A stretch of DNA of 24,000 bases, from NCBI GenBank assembly GCA_965230065.1, contig OZ245942.1:2620563-2644562 (forward strand). Direction: 5' to 3'. The notes beneath the pieces are model-generated. The model saw only the letters and a list, made by a program, of their open reading frames with translations, had not been told where the DNA came from and did no database searches. A program made the position numbers and the translations under genes. Origin of the DNA: Cyclobacteriaceae bacterium. GTDB taxonomy: Bacteria; Bacteroidota; Bacteroidia; Cytophagales; Cyclobacteriaceae. This document shows, in pieces, positions 1 through 8,103 of this stretch (position 1 is the first letter of the stretch; each line of letters begins with the position of its first letter).

Positions 1-467
1 TCATGCGACATGGCCTTGCACATATCGTAAATGGTGAGGGCGGCAACGGTGGCCCCGGTGAGGGCTTCCATTTCTACTCCTGTTTTGCCAGTAACACGAA
101 CGGTGCAGTCAATCTCTACCTCTTTTGCCTCATTCAATTGAATATGGATTTTACAGTTTTCAATAGCCAAAGGATGGCAAAAAGGTATCAGTTCGGATGT
201 TTTCTTTGCGGCCATCGTACCTGCAATGACGGCCGTCTGAAATACCGGGCCTTTTTTGGTATAAATTTCATCGGTGCTTTCCTGATGCCCCAGGGCTTTC
301 AGTATTTTTTCACCCAAAATTACTTTGGTCTGTGCTCGTGCCAGGCGGGTGGTGATGCTCTTATCACCTACATCCACCATCGTGGGATTGCCCTGCGCAT
401 CAATGTGTGTAAGTTCCGGCTTTTCTTTTTGGGAGGTAGCCTGCTTTTTTATATCTTCCTCACTCAT
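1..467 (-). CDS. moaC: Cyclic pyranopterin monophosphate synthase MoaC (C-terminus cut by window edge)
   Basis: The reverse complement of 3..467 reads without stops from the ATG at 467-465: MSEEDIKKQATSQKEKPELTHIDAQGNPTMVDVGDK...SELIPFCHPL...VTGKTGVEMEALTGATVAALTIYDMCKAMSH. The LTHID..MVDV, ELIPxCHPL and GKTGVEMEALT..ALTIYDMCKA blocks are MoaC signatures. It is absent from the ORF track because there is no stop inside the window. The + strand track ORF 3..1712 runs antisense through it. Confidence 0.85.
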   Translation of the reverse strand, partial: MSEEDIKKQATSQKEKPELTHIDAQGNPTMVDVGDKSITTRLARAQTKVILGEKILKALGHQESTDEIYTKKGPVFQTAVIAGTMAAKKTSELIPFCHPLAIENCKIHIQLNEAKEVEIDCTVRVTGKTGVEMEALTGATVAALTIYDMCKAMSH

Positions 468-503
468 CCTGAATATGTTATTTTTGTCCGAAATTTTTTT
501 GCT

Positions 504-1712
504 ATGATTAGTGTCAGTAAAGCTACGGAAATTGTCTTGAATAACCGCTTTGACCCGGGCATCGCTGCTGTAAAGCTGGTAGATGCCTGCGGAAGGATAT
601 TACAGGAAGAAGTGCGGGCCGACCGTGATTTCCCCCCCTTCGACCGGGTAACAATGGACGGTATCGCCTATCAGTACAAAACCTGGGAAAAAACAAAAGG
701 CGCAATGCCTGTTGCCGGAGTACAAATTGCAGGTGCCCCTAAGTTATCTCTTAATAATAACGAAGCCTGCCTGGAAGTGATGACAGGTGCCATGCTGCCT
801 GAAAACACCGATACCGTAACCCGGTATGAAGATGTTGAGTTTTTAGAAGAAAACGGGCATAAAGTAGCAAAAATCATCACTCCCCCAAAACAAGGACAGG
901 ATATTCACCAGCAGGGAATAGACCGGAAAAAAGGAGAGGTTTTGTTGTCACCTGGTCAAAAGTTGGGACCGGCAGAGATTGCCGTAGCCGCTACTGTAGG
1001 AAAAACTTTGTTAAAGGTCAGTGCCTGGCCCCGCATTGCATTGATTACCACAGGCGATGAACTTGTGGCTATATCTGAAAAACCCCAGCCTTATCAAATC
1101 AGGCAATCTAATGTGTATGCCTTGCAAGCTGCCCTGGATACGTTGAACATACCGTCTGACCTGCTCCACTTTCCGGATAACAAAGATGCTACCTTAAAAG
1201 GCATACAGCAGACATTGGCAGAAAATGATGTATTGATACTGAGCGGTGGCGTTTCCAAAGGAAAGCGCGACTATGTGCCGGAAGCCCTGGAAACGGCCGG
1301 GGTAACCAAGCATTTTCACCGGGTAGAACAGCGGCCAGGCAAGCCGTTTTGGTTTGGTACCCGTAATGACGGAAAAACTGTTTTTGCACTGCCTGGCAAT
1401 CCGGTATCTACTTTTATGTGTTTTTATCGGTATGTGCGCCCCTGGCTCTTGCGTTCATCAGGACTTTCGCAACCAGCTACGGTATCAGCTATTCTTCAGG
1501 AAGATGTGGAATTTGAGCCTTCCCTTACTTACTTTTTGCAGGTGAAAATAAAAAATGAAGGAGGAAAATTATTGGCCAAACCCTTCAAAGGACATGGCTC
1601 GGGCGATTTTGCCAACCTTATGGCATGTGACGGCTTTATTGAACTTCCGCCCGATAGGAAGCAATTTAAAAAGGGAGAAGATTTTCCCTTGATTATATTC
1701 AGGGAAATATAA
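504..1712 (+). CDS. moeA: Molybdopterin molybdenumtransferase MoeA
   Basis: An in-frame ATG lies at 504 inside track ORF 3..1712, giving MISVSKATEIVLNNRFDPG... and about 402 aa, a normal MoeA length. MoeA motifs are present: FDRVTMDGIA, ITTGDELV, LSGGVSKGKRDYV and ALPGNPVS. The ORF sequence upstream of 504 is antisense to moaC. Confidence 0.9.
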   Translation: MISVSKATEIVLNNRFDPGIAAVKLVDACGRILQEEVRADRDFPPFDRVTMDGIAYQYKTWEKTKGAMPVAGVQIAGAPKLSLNNNEACLEVMTGAMLPENTDTVTRYEDVEFLEENGHKVAKIITPPKQGQDIHQQGIDRKKGEVLLSPGQKLGPAEIAVAATVGKTLLKVSAWPRIALITTGDELVAISEKPQPYQIRQSNVYALQAALDTLNIPSDLLHFPDNKDATLKGIQQTLAENDVLILSGGVSKGKRDYVPEALETAGVTKHFHRVEQRPGKPFWFGTRNDGKTVFALPGNPVSTFMCFYRYVRPWLLRSSGLSQPATVSAILQEDVEFEPSLTYFLQVKIKNEGGKLLAKPFKGHGSGDFANLMACDGFIELPPDRKQFKKGEDFPLIIFREI

Positions 1713-1745
1713 ACTTTGCGGTTCAATTTCTAAACTCAAAATCAG

Positions 1746-1766
1746 ATCCCGGCACAAGGCCGGGAT
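1746..1766 (+). terminator. GC-rich hairpin downstream of moeA (candidate terminator)
   Basis: The stem ATCCCGGC (1746-1753) pairs with GCCGGGAT (1759-1766) around the 5-nt loop ACAAG, 34 nt after the moeA stop. There is no U-tract; the flanks are A-rich. Confidence 0.45.
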
Positions 1767-1789
1767 AAAACTATAAACTCAAAACTAAC

Positions 1790-2089
1790 ATGTTCCTTCA
1801 TAACGTATATTTTTACCTGACCAACCCCGATAATAAAGAAGAAGCCGACCAACTGGAAAAAGGCATTAAAACTTTAGGCACTATTGATACCGTGCGCGAT
1901 TTTTATGTAGGCAAGTGCGTGCCCAGCGATCGTGAAGTGGTGGACAGCGATTATGCCTTACACCTTATGGTGAAGTTTGACGACCAGGCCGGCCATGATT
2001 TCTACCAAACGCATCAAATCCACGTTGATTTTATCAAAGCCTGTGCCCACCTTTGGGAAAAGGTGAAGGTGTATGACTCTAAAGGATAG
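1790..2089 (+). CDS. Dabb family (stress-responsive alpha/beta barrel) protein
   Basis: The product is 99 aa, starts MFLHNVYFYL and contains ...HLMVKFDDQAGHDFYQTHQIHVDF. The size and the H-x-V/F...F.d......Y..h..H pattern fit the Dabb domain. Confidence 0.7.
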   Translation: MFLHNVYFYLTNPDNKEEADQLEKGIKTLGTIDTVRDFYVGKCVPSDREVVDSDYALHLMVKFDDQAGHDFYQTHQIHVDFIKACAHLWEKVKVYDSKG

Positions 2090-2138
2090 CTTGATGTTTT
2101 CTGAGAAAATTGGCCACCATATAAAAACTCTAATCGCA

Positions 2139-2243
2139 CTAATTTCTAAATCCTAAATAAAAAACCCAAATTACCAAATACAAATGTTCTAAAAAGTTTG
2201 AAGATTTGGTCATTATAGATTGTTATTTAGGATTTAGGGTTTG
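2139..2243. repeat. Heptad-periodic imperfect palindromic element in the convergent spacer between Dabb and folD
   Basis: Read in 7-nt units, the left block is CTAATTT CTAAATC CTAAATA AAAAACC CAAATTA CCAAATA CAAATGT. The right block is AGATTTG GTCATTA TAGATTG TTATTTA GGATTTA GGGTTTG. A perfect 15-bp inverted repeat joins 2146-2160 (CTAAATCCTAAATAA) to 2223-2237 (TTATTTAGGATTTAG). An inner 7-bp pair in the same register joins 2173-2179 to 2204-2210. Confidence 0.75.
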
Positions 2244-2246
2244 TTT

Positions 2247-3125
2247 TTAATAAACTTCGTCTTGCGAAGCCAGCCAGGTATTGTACATGAGCGAGGCAAT
2301 GGTCATGGGGCCTACGCCTCCGGGAACGGGGGTGATGTAGCTGGCTTTTTCACTTACTTCGTCAAATTTTACGTCACCTTTCAGGGCATAGCCTGATTTT
2401 TTGCTGGCGTCTTCTACCCGGGAAGTGCCCACGTCAATGATGACTACGCCTTCTTTTACCATATCCGCCGTAACAACTTCCGGCCTGCCCAGGGCGGCAA
2501 TCAGAATATCAGCCTGGCGGGTGATGGAAGGAAGGTCTTTGGTGCGGCTGTGACAGATGGTAACGGTGCAGTTGCCGGGGTAGGCTTTCCGGCTCATGAG
2601 CAGGGCCATGGGCGTACCTACTATATCAGAACGGCCAATGACCACGCAATGCTTGCCCGAAGTTTTTATTTCGTACCGTTTGAGCAATTCTACAATGCCA
2701 TACGGCGTAGCTGCGACATAGGCGGGCAATCCTTTCGCCATGCGCCCGATATTTACCGGATGAAAACCGTCCACATCTTTTTTGGGGTCAATGGCAAAAG
2801 TTACTTTTTCGGGTGAAATATGATCGGGAAACGGAGACTGCACAATCAGCCCGTCTATGTCGGCATTCTGATTGACAGCATTTATTTTATCCAGCACTTC
2901 TTTTTCAGAAACATCGGCACCGTATCGGATAAGCGTAGCCCCAAAGCCGGCTGCTTCACAAGCTTTGATTTTATTGCGCACGTAAATATCACTGGCGGGG
3001 TCATCTCCAATCAGCATGATGGCCAGGTGGGGTACTTTTCCGCCTTTTTCTTTGATGGCACTTACTTTTTCGGTGAGTTCTGCCCGGATGTCGGCAGCGG
3101 TTTGTTTTCCGTCAATCAGTTTCAT
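2247..3125 (-). CDS. folD: Bifunctional methylenetetrahydrofolate dehydrogenase / methenyltetrahydrofolate cyclohydrolase FolD
   Basis: The product is 292 aa and starts MKLIDGKQTAADIRAEL. It contains LAIMLIGDDPASDIYVRNK, DGLIVQSPFP, DVDGFHP, VVIGRSDIVGTPMALL and PVPGGVGPMTIA, all classical FolD blocks. Confidence 0.95.
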   Translation of the reverse strand: MKLIDGKQTAADIRAELTEKVSAIKEKGGKVPHLAIMLIGDDPASDIYVRNKIKACEAAGFGATLIRYGADVSEKEVLDKINAVNQNADIDGLIVQSPFPDHISPEKVTFAIDPKKDVDGFHPVNIGRMAKGLPAYVAATPYGIVELLKRYEIKTSGKHCVVIGRSDIVGTPMALLMSRKAYPGNCTVTICHSRTKDLPSITRQADILIAALGRPEVVTADMVKEGVVIIDVGTSRVEDASKKSGYALKGDVKFDEVSEKASYITPVPGGVGPMTIASLMYNTWLASQDEVY

Positions 3126-3151
3126 TTGTGTTGTATTTTTCTATAAGTCTT

Positions 3152-4954
3152 TTAATCCAACTTTAGTACGGCCATGAAGGCTTCCTGGGGAATTTCTACG
3201 CTGCCTACCTGCCGCATGCGTTTCTTTCCTTTTTTCTGCTTCTCAAGCAGCTTGCGCTTCCGGGTGATGTCTCCTCCATAACATTTGGCGAGTACGTTTT
3301 TTCGCAGGGCACGCACCGTTTCCCGGGCAATTACTTTAGTCCCGATAGATGCCTGCACGGCAATTTCAAACATTTGCCGGGGAATAAGCTCTCGAAGTTT
3401 TTCGCACAGGCGTTTGCCCCATTCGTAGGCTTTGTCTCGGTGTACAATGGCCGAAAGGGCGTCTACTTTTTCACCATTCAGCATAATATCCAGCTTCACC
3501 ATGTTGGATTGGCGGAAGCCGATGAGTTCATAATCCAGGGAAGCATAGCCGCGGGAAATGGTTTTGAGCTTATCAAAAAAGTCGAAAACGATTTCAGCTA
3601 AGGGCAGTTCAAAAGTAAGCTCTACCCGGTCGGCCGTGAGGTAATACTGGTTTTTGATGACACCCCGCTTGTCCATACAAAGCGATATTACACCGCCAAT
3701 GAACTCAGCCTTGGTGATGATTTGCGCCCTGATGAAAGGTTCTTCTACATGCGAAATGGTATTGGGTTCGGGCATTTCGGAAGGCGCACTTACTTTCACA
3801 ATGCTTTCATCGGTTTTAATGGCATGAAAGCGCACCGATGGCACTGTGGTAATTACCGTCATATCAAACTCCCTTTCCAGGCGTTCCTGCACAATTTCCA
3901 GGTGTAACATGCCCAGGAAGCCACAACGAAAACCAAAACCCAAAGCCGCAGAAGTCTCAGGCTCCCACACCAGGGAAGCATCGTTCAATTGCAGTTTTTC
4001 CATAGAAGCCCGCAGCTCTTCAAACTCTGAAGTATCTACCGGATAAATTCCGGCAAAAACCATGGGTTTTACATCTTCAAAACCGGTAATGGCCTTTTCG
4101 CAAGAGCGTTTGGTATGGGTTATGGTATCCCCCACTTTTACCTCCCGGGCTTCTTTGATGCCCGAAATCAGGTAGCCCACCGTACCGGCATACAGGCTGT
4201 CTTTGGGTTGCTTGTTCAATTTCAGCACCCCCACTTCTTCCACGTCGTAGGTGCGGCCGGTATTGAAAAATTTCACTTCATCACCTTTGTTGATCGTGCC
4301 ATTGAAAATACGGAACAATACTTCTACGCCACGGTAAGTGTTATACACCGAATCAAAAATCATGGCTTGCAAAGGTTCATCGGGGTTACCTTTTGGCGGA
4401 GGGATACGCTCTACAATGGCATCCAGAATATCGGTGATGCCAATGCCTTCTTTGGCGCTGGCGTGGATTACCTCTTCGCGGGCACAGCCGATGAGGTCTA
4501 CAATTTCGTCGGTTACCTCTTCGGGCATGGCACCCGGCAGGTCTATTTTATTGAGTACCGGAATAATCTCCAGGTCGTGGTTCAGGGCCAGGTACAGGTT
4601 AGAAATGGTTTGCGCCTCAATGCCCTGGGCTGCATCTACAATCAGCAAGGCGCCCTCGCAGGCAGCGATAGATCGGGAAACCTCGTACGAAAAGTCAACG
4701 TGTCCTGGCGTGTCTATCAAATTCAGAATGTATGGCTTTGGTTCACCACCTTCTTTTTGATAGAGGTAATTCATTTGTATAGCGTGGCTCTTGATGGTGA
4801 TGCCCCGCTCCCTTTCCAAATCCATGCTGTCCAATAACTGGTCTTGCCTTTCCCGATCGGTAATGGTTTGGGTGGTTTCCAGCAGCCGGTCGGCCAGGGT
4901 ACTTTTCCCGTGGTCAATATGGGCTATGATGCAAAAGTTTCTGATATTCTTCAT
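3152..4954 (-). CDS. lepA: Elongation factor 4 (LepA)
   Basis: [25 protein letters not shown] begins at the ATG at 4954-4952. DTPGHVDF and NKIDL G-domain motifs are present, and the C-terminus has the LepA-specific ...[25 protein letters not shown]. The track ORF extends to 5008, but the extra 18 aa precede the conserved N-terminus. Confidence 0.95.
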   Translation of the reverse strand: MKNIRNFCIIAHIDHGKSTLADRLLETTQTITDRERQDQLLDSMDLERERGITIKSHAIQMNYLYQKEGGEPKPYILNLIDTPGHVDFSYEVSRSIAACEGALLIVDAAQGIEAQTISNLYLALNHDLEIIPVLNKIDLPGAMPEEVTDEIVDLIGCAREEVIHASAKEGIGITDILDAIVERIPPPKGNPDEPLQAMIFDSVYNTYRGVEVLFRIFNGTINKGDEVKFFNTGRTYDVEEVGVLKLNKQPKDSLYAGTVGYLISGIKEAREVKVGDTITHTKRSCEKAITGFEDVKPMVFAGIYPVDTSEFEELRASMEKLQLNDASLVWEPETSAALGFGFRCGFLGMLHLEIVQERLEREFDMTVITTVPSVRFHAIKTDESIVKVSAPSEMPEPNTISHVEEPFIRAQIITKAEFIGGVISLCMDKRGVIKNQYYLTADRVELTFELPLAEIVFDFFDKLKTISRGYASLDYELIGFRQSNMVKLDIMLNGEKVDALSAIVHRDKAYEWGKRLCEKLRELIPRQMFEIAVQASIGTKVIARETVRALRKNVLAKCYGGDITRKRKLLEKQKKGKKRMRQVGSVEIPQEAFMAVLKLD

Positions 4955-5093
4955 AAAAATAAATGCTCTCCTTTCCGGTTCTTCTACGGGCATACTGCAA
5001 ATACGCAACCCAATAGAATAGCAAAAATAACAATAATTGTTGGTGTATTCAGTAGAGCGAAATTATAATTTCACTGTACAGCAGGAATTCCAG

Positions 5094-5573
5094 TCAGTAA
5101 GCCGCTTTATAATCAATTTTCAGGGTTACCCGGGATACTTTATTGGCTTTTACCGTCACCGGATGAATATGGCCTTCCCCATCGTAGCGGTTTGCAAAAA
5201 GCCCCTGGGGTTCTTCTACAAATAGAGAATATTGCCCGGTATCCAGGGGGATAGCAAAATCTCCCTCTCTGTCTGAGGATATTTTTTTTACCAACTTTGT
5301 GTTTATTTCTCGATAAAACCCGTCTTTGAGCGTAGTCTGATCCCGATGGGTAAGCTCATACACACAAACGTAGCGTTCTACAGGTTTGCCCCTGACCATA
5401 GATTGCGTGGTATCATCTTCTTCCACAATTTTGGGCATTTGGTCGCCTTCCAGCCAAATTACTTTTCCGGCAATGCCCTGCTGTATTTTCATAGCAGATG
5501 TATTAAAAAATGTGGTGCCTGCGCAGGCAGAAGTTATCAAAAGTAAAAGTAAAGTTGCCCTGAATATTATCAT
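5094..5573 (-). CDS. Small secreted protein or lipoprotein, function unknown (possibly a beta-sandwich, CarboxypepD_reg-like)
   Basis: The product is 159 aa. The N-terminal signal peptide MIIFRATLLLLLITSAC has a Cys at the end of the hydrophobic core. The remainder looks beta-rich (GDFAIPLDTGQYSLFVEE...). The fold assignment is a guess. Confidence 0.6.
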   Translation of the reverse strand: MIIFRATLLLLLITSACAGTTFFNTSAMKIQQGIAGKVIWLEGDQMPKIVEEDDTTQSMVRGKPVERYVCVYELTHRDQTTLKDGFYREINTKLVKKISSDREGDFAIPLDTGQYSLFVEEPQGLFANRYDGEGHIHPVTVKANKVSRVTLKIDYKAAY

Positions 5574-5643
5574 TGGTCATTATCTTTTGCGCCTCAGTAT
5601 AGCGATATTCTTTCTTTTGTTAAAATATTTTGGCGTTGAATTT

Positions 5644-5706
5644 AGTTGCCAGTTGCCAGTTGCCAGTTGCCAGTTGCCAGTAACCGGATAACAGGCAACC
5701 TGCAAC
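5644..5706. repeat. Perfect heptanucleotide tandem repeat (AGTTGCC)x5 followed by degenerate and inverted heptads
   Basis: 5644-5678 holds five exact copies of AGTTGCC. The register continues as AGTAACC GGATAAC AGGCAAC CTGCAAC, where GGCAAC is the reverse complement of GTTGCC. The block lies between the modF-like stop (5712) and the start of the 5094..5573 gene (5573). Confidence 0.95.
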
Positions 5707-5711
5707 AGGAA

Positions 5712-7250
5712 TCACACCACTCTTCCCTCTTCCAGCCTCAATGTATTGGTAACACAGGGCGGAATTTCTTCCTGATAGTGCGAAACGTAGATGAGTGTTT
5801 TTTCAGAAGAATGGCAAATTTGCTCAATAACGTGCAAAAACTGCTGCTTTTGTGCCTGGTCTAACCCTACGCATGGTTCGTCCAAAATCAATAAAGGAGG
5901 GTTTTTTACCAAAGCCCTGGCCAATAAAACGAGGCGTTGCTTTCCGGCAGCAATTTGCTTGAATGAAATATTTGCCAGATTATCAACAGACAATACCTGC
6001 ATCCACTGCAAGGCAAACGTTTTCTGTGCCTCTGTGGCTTTACGTTCTACGCCCAGAATATCAAAAAACCCGGATACTACTACGGCCAGGCAAGTATCCC
6101 CTCCATACAGGTATTGGTGCATTTCTGACGACATAAACCCGATTTTTTGCTTAATGTCCCAAATGCTTTCGCCACTTCCTTTCTTTCGGTCAAATAAATA
6201 AATTTCATTGGAGTAGGCCTGCGGATTGTCGCCATTGAGCAGGCTGAGCAGCGTGGTTTTACCTGCCCCATTTGGGCCGGATAGCGCCCATTTTTCGCCT
6301 TTTTTTACTTCCCAGTTTACCCCATCCAGAATCATTTCACCACTGTAGCGCACACAAATATTTTTTAAGCTGAATGCCGATTGAAAGTTATAGTTTTGGG
6401 CATTCTGATTACTTAGTTTGCGAAGAAGTGCATAATCAATGTCAGTCTGGGGTTGTTGTATGTTTTCAGGCTGCTGATTTTCAAAAGCTTCTCTCAAGTA
6501 AATTTTTTGGTGCTTTTCTTTTTCTCCCAAAGCCAAAACGTGCGTGAAGTTTTGGGGAATTTCATCAGGAGCAGTAACCATGATGAGGGTAATGTCATGA
6601 AGGCTGATTTCATGGATTAGCTGATGAAAGAAGGAGCGGGTTTCTTTGTCAAGCCCCATCAGCGGATTATCCAAAAGCAACAGACGGGGTTGCTTGAGCA
6701 GGGCCGCTCCAATAAGCAGCCTGCGGGTTTCGCCACTCGATAATTTGATAAGGGAACGGTCCAGCAGAGGTTGTAAATGCAATTGCTTAATGACCCATTC
6801 CATCGTAAACTTTTCGGGCAGGTGATAAGCCTGTTCTTCAGTAACTATATTTTCTAAATACTCCTGTACCGAAACAGCTTCATCGGCATAGGCTGACTGG
6901 TAGCGTTGCTGATAGAAAAAATCACGGGTATTGGCCCGGTTCGTGAAATTGTGGTGGAAAGTAACCAGGCTTATTTGTTGACGAAAACTATACAATGGGT
7001 CGTCTATCTGATGATGGGCGATAAAATCCTCAAAAAAATGATAGTGGATACTCCCGTTCATAACCTGGTGCTTTCCGGCAATGGCGTTGAGCAATGTGGT
7101 TTTGCCCGAGCCACTTTCGCCCACTATTGCCCAATGTTGGTTGGGATAGATTTGAAAAGAAAGATTTTCACAAAGTGTTTTGTCAGGAAAACGGAGGGTG
7201 ATATTTTCAATACTTAGTAAAAGAGTAGTTTTGTCTGTCGTATCCGGCAT
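5712..7250 (-). CDS. modF: ModF-like ABC ATPase with two nucleotide-binding domains and no membrane domain
   Basis: The product is 512 aa. It has two Walker A motifs (GESGSGKTT and GPNGAGKTT), an LSSGETRR signature and Walker B motifs LLLLDNP and LLILDEP. The block LLNGDNPQAYSNEIYLFDRKKGSGESIWDIKQKIGFMSSEMH closely resembles the E. coli ModF segment as I remember it (GD.PQGYSND..LFGRRRGSGETIWDIKKHIGYVSS). Confidence 0.75.
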   Translation of the reverse strand: MPDTTDKTTLLLSIENITLRFPDKTLCENLSFQIYPNQHWAIVGESGSGKTTLLNAIAGKHQVMNGSIHYHFFEDFIAHHQIDDPLYSFRQQISLVTFHHNFTNRANTRDFFYQQRYQSAYADEAVSVQEYLENIVTEEQAYHLPEKFTMEWVIKQLHLQPLLDRSLIKLSSGETRRLLIGAALLKQPRLLLLDNPLMGLDKETRSFFHQLIHEISLHDITLIMVTAPDEIPQNFTHVLALGEKEKHQKIYLREAFENQQPENIQQPQTDIDYALLRKLSNQNAQNYNFQSAFSLKNICVRYSGEMILDGVNWEVKKGEKWALSGPNGAGKTTLLSLLNGDNPQAYSNEIYLFDRKKGSGESIWDIKQKIGFMSSEMHQYLYGGDTCLAVVVSGFFDILGVERKATEAQKTFALQWMQVLSVDNLANISFKQIAAGKQRLVLLARALVKNPPLLILDEPCVGLDQAQKQQFLHVIEQICHSSEKTLIYVSHYQEEIPPCVTNTLRLEEGRVV

Positions 7251-7274
7251 GAATGAGGTGTGTTACATTTAAAA

Positions 7275-7308
7275 AGACTTCGGAAGTTTCCAATAACTTC
7301 CGAAGTCT
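7275..7308 (-). terminator. Rho-independent terminator of the FrnE/DsbA-like gene
   Basis: A perfect 14-bp stem pairs AGACTTCGGAAGTT (7275-7288) with AACTTCCGAAGTCT (7295-7308) around a 6-nt loop. It starts 13 nt past the stop at 7321. On the minus strand it is followed by TTTTT (the complement of 7270-7274). Confidence 0.8.
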
Positions 7309-7320
7309 AAGTGACTTTTT

Positions 7321-8025
7321 TTAAACCGCACAGGCATCATCGTTGCATCCATCCTGGTTTTTTCCGGAACCACTCACTTCCACCAGCGGGCTTTCTTCTT
7401 CTTTTGCCTGTTGCAATGCCTGCAAAAGTACCTCGGTGGGTTGTGCGCCGGAAATGCCATATTTCCTGTTAATTACAAAAAACGGAACGCCCCGTATGCC
7501 CAGCTTTTGTGCTTCCGCTTCATCTTTTCGCACTTCCTCTTTAAACTTATCACCGGCCAGCATGTTGCTTACTTCGGTTGCTTCCAGCCCAATTGCTTCG
7601 CCTATTTGTTGCAACGTTTCCTGTTTGCCAATGTGTTTTCCTTCTGTGAAATAGGCAGCGAGCAGCCGCTCTTTGGCTTCGTCTTGTAAGCCATTTTTGG
7701 CTGCCAGATGCAACAGTCGGTGGGCATCCAAAGAGTTGGTGGGGATGGTGCGGTCCAGCTCATATTGGAGGCCCAGTTCGGCGGCACGTTCCGTTACGTT
7801 TTGGCTCATTTCCACGGCCCATTCCCGGGATTTTCCATATTTTGAAGAAAGTTTTTCGTACAAATCTTCCTGTGGGTCTACTTCGGCATACGGGTCCAGT
7901 TCAAAGCTTTTCCAAACCACTTCTACTTCATCTTTCTGAGGAAATTCCTGTAAAGCATTTTCCAGATTTCGCTTGCCCATGTAGCAAAACGGGCAATTAA
8001 TATCAGACCAAATTTCTATTTTCAT
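7321..8025 (-). CDS. DsbA-family thiol:disulfide oxidoreductase, FrnE-like
   Basis: The product is 234 aa with no signal peptide. MKIEIWSDINCPFCYMGK carries a CPFC active site at residues 11-14. ...GIRGVPFFVIN is the DsbA-fold cis-Pro region. The C-terminal tail ends ...GSGKNQDGCNDDACAV. Confidence 0.85.
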   Translation of the reverse strand: MKIEIWSDINCPFCYMGKRNLENALQEFPQKDEVEVVWKSFELDPYAEVDPQEDLYEKLSSKYGKSREWAVEMSQNVTERAAELGLQYELDRTIPTNSLDAHRLLHLAAKNGLQDEAKERLLAAYFTEGKHIGKQETLQQIGEAIGLEATEVSNMLAGDKFKEEVRKDEAEAQKLGIRGVPFFVINRKYGISGAQPTEVLLQALQQAKEEESPLVEVSGSGKNQDGCNDDACAV

Positions 8026-8103
8026 CTTACTTTCATTTTCAATTCAAAAGTAGAAAAACGTTGGTTTGGGGGAGAAAGTTGGCGGTTTATGCTGTTTTGC
8101 CTA

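Noticed and set aside
468-503. A possible Moco riboswitch next to the molybdenum cofactor genes.
   Set aside because: The moaC-moeA spacer is only 36 nt, far too short for the Moco RNA motif, which exceeds 100 nt. No comparable structured leader is visible upstream of either gene.
3-1712. A 569-aa ORF in the track that could be read as one large gene.
   Set aside because: It is chimeric. Residues before the ATG at 504 have no protein-like motifs and lie exactly antisense to a clean MoaC reading frame (3..467, minus). Only 504..1712 is MoeA.
2233-2243. TTTAGGG-type heptamers (also at 20438-20458) that match the plant-type telomere repeat unit.
   Set aside because: Only one or two adjacent units occur, embedded in a degenerate bacterial intergenic repeat. 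All surrounding genes are bacterial, so the match is a coincidence of a T/A/G-rich heptad.
4115-4837. ORFs of 240 aa and 140 aa on the + strand inside lepA. Similar antisense ORFs lie inside folD (2550-3146), modF (5791-6201), the FrnE-like gene (7343-7939) and the YdiJ-like gene (21043-23122).
   Set aside because: All lie fully antisense to genes with strong motif support. They have odd composition with no recognisable motifs, so they are typical shadow ORFs.
4955-5008. An upstream extension of lepA to the track start at 5008 ([18 protein letters not shown]...).
   Set aside because: The conserved LepA N-terminus [19 protein letters not shown] begins at the ATG at 4954, and the extension has no counterpart in LepA proteins as I know them.
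5644-5685. The repeat tract considered as a possible CRISPR array.
   Set aside because: The units are 7 nt and directly tandem with no spacers, and no cas genes are present. It is a microsatellite-like tandem repeat.
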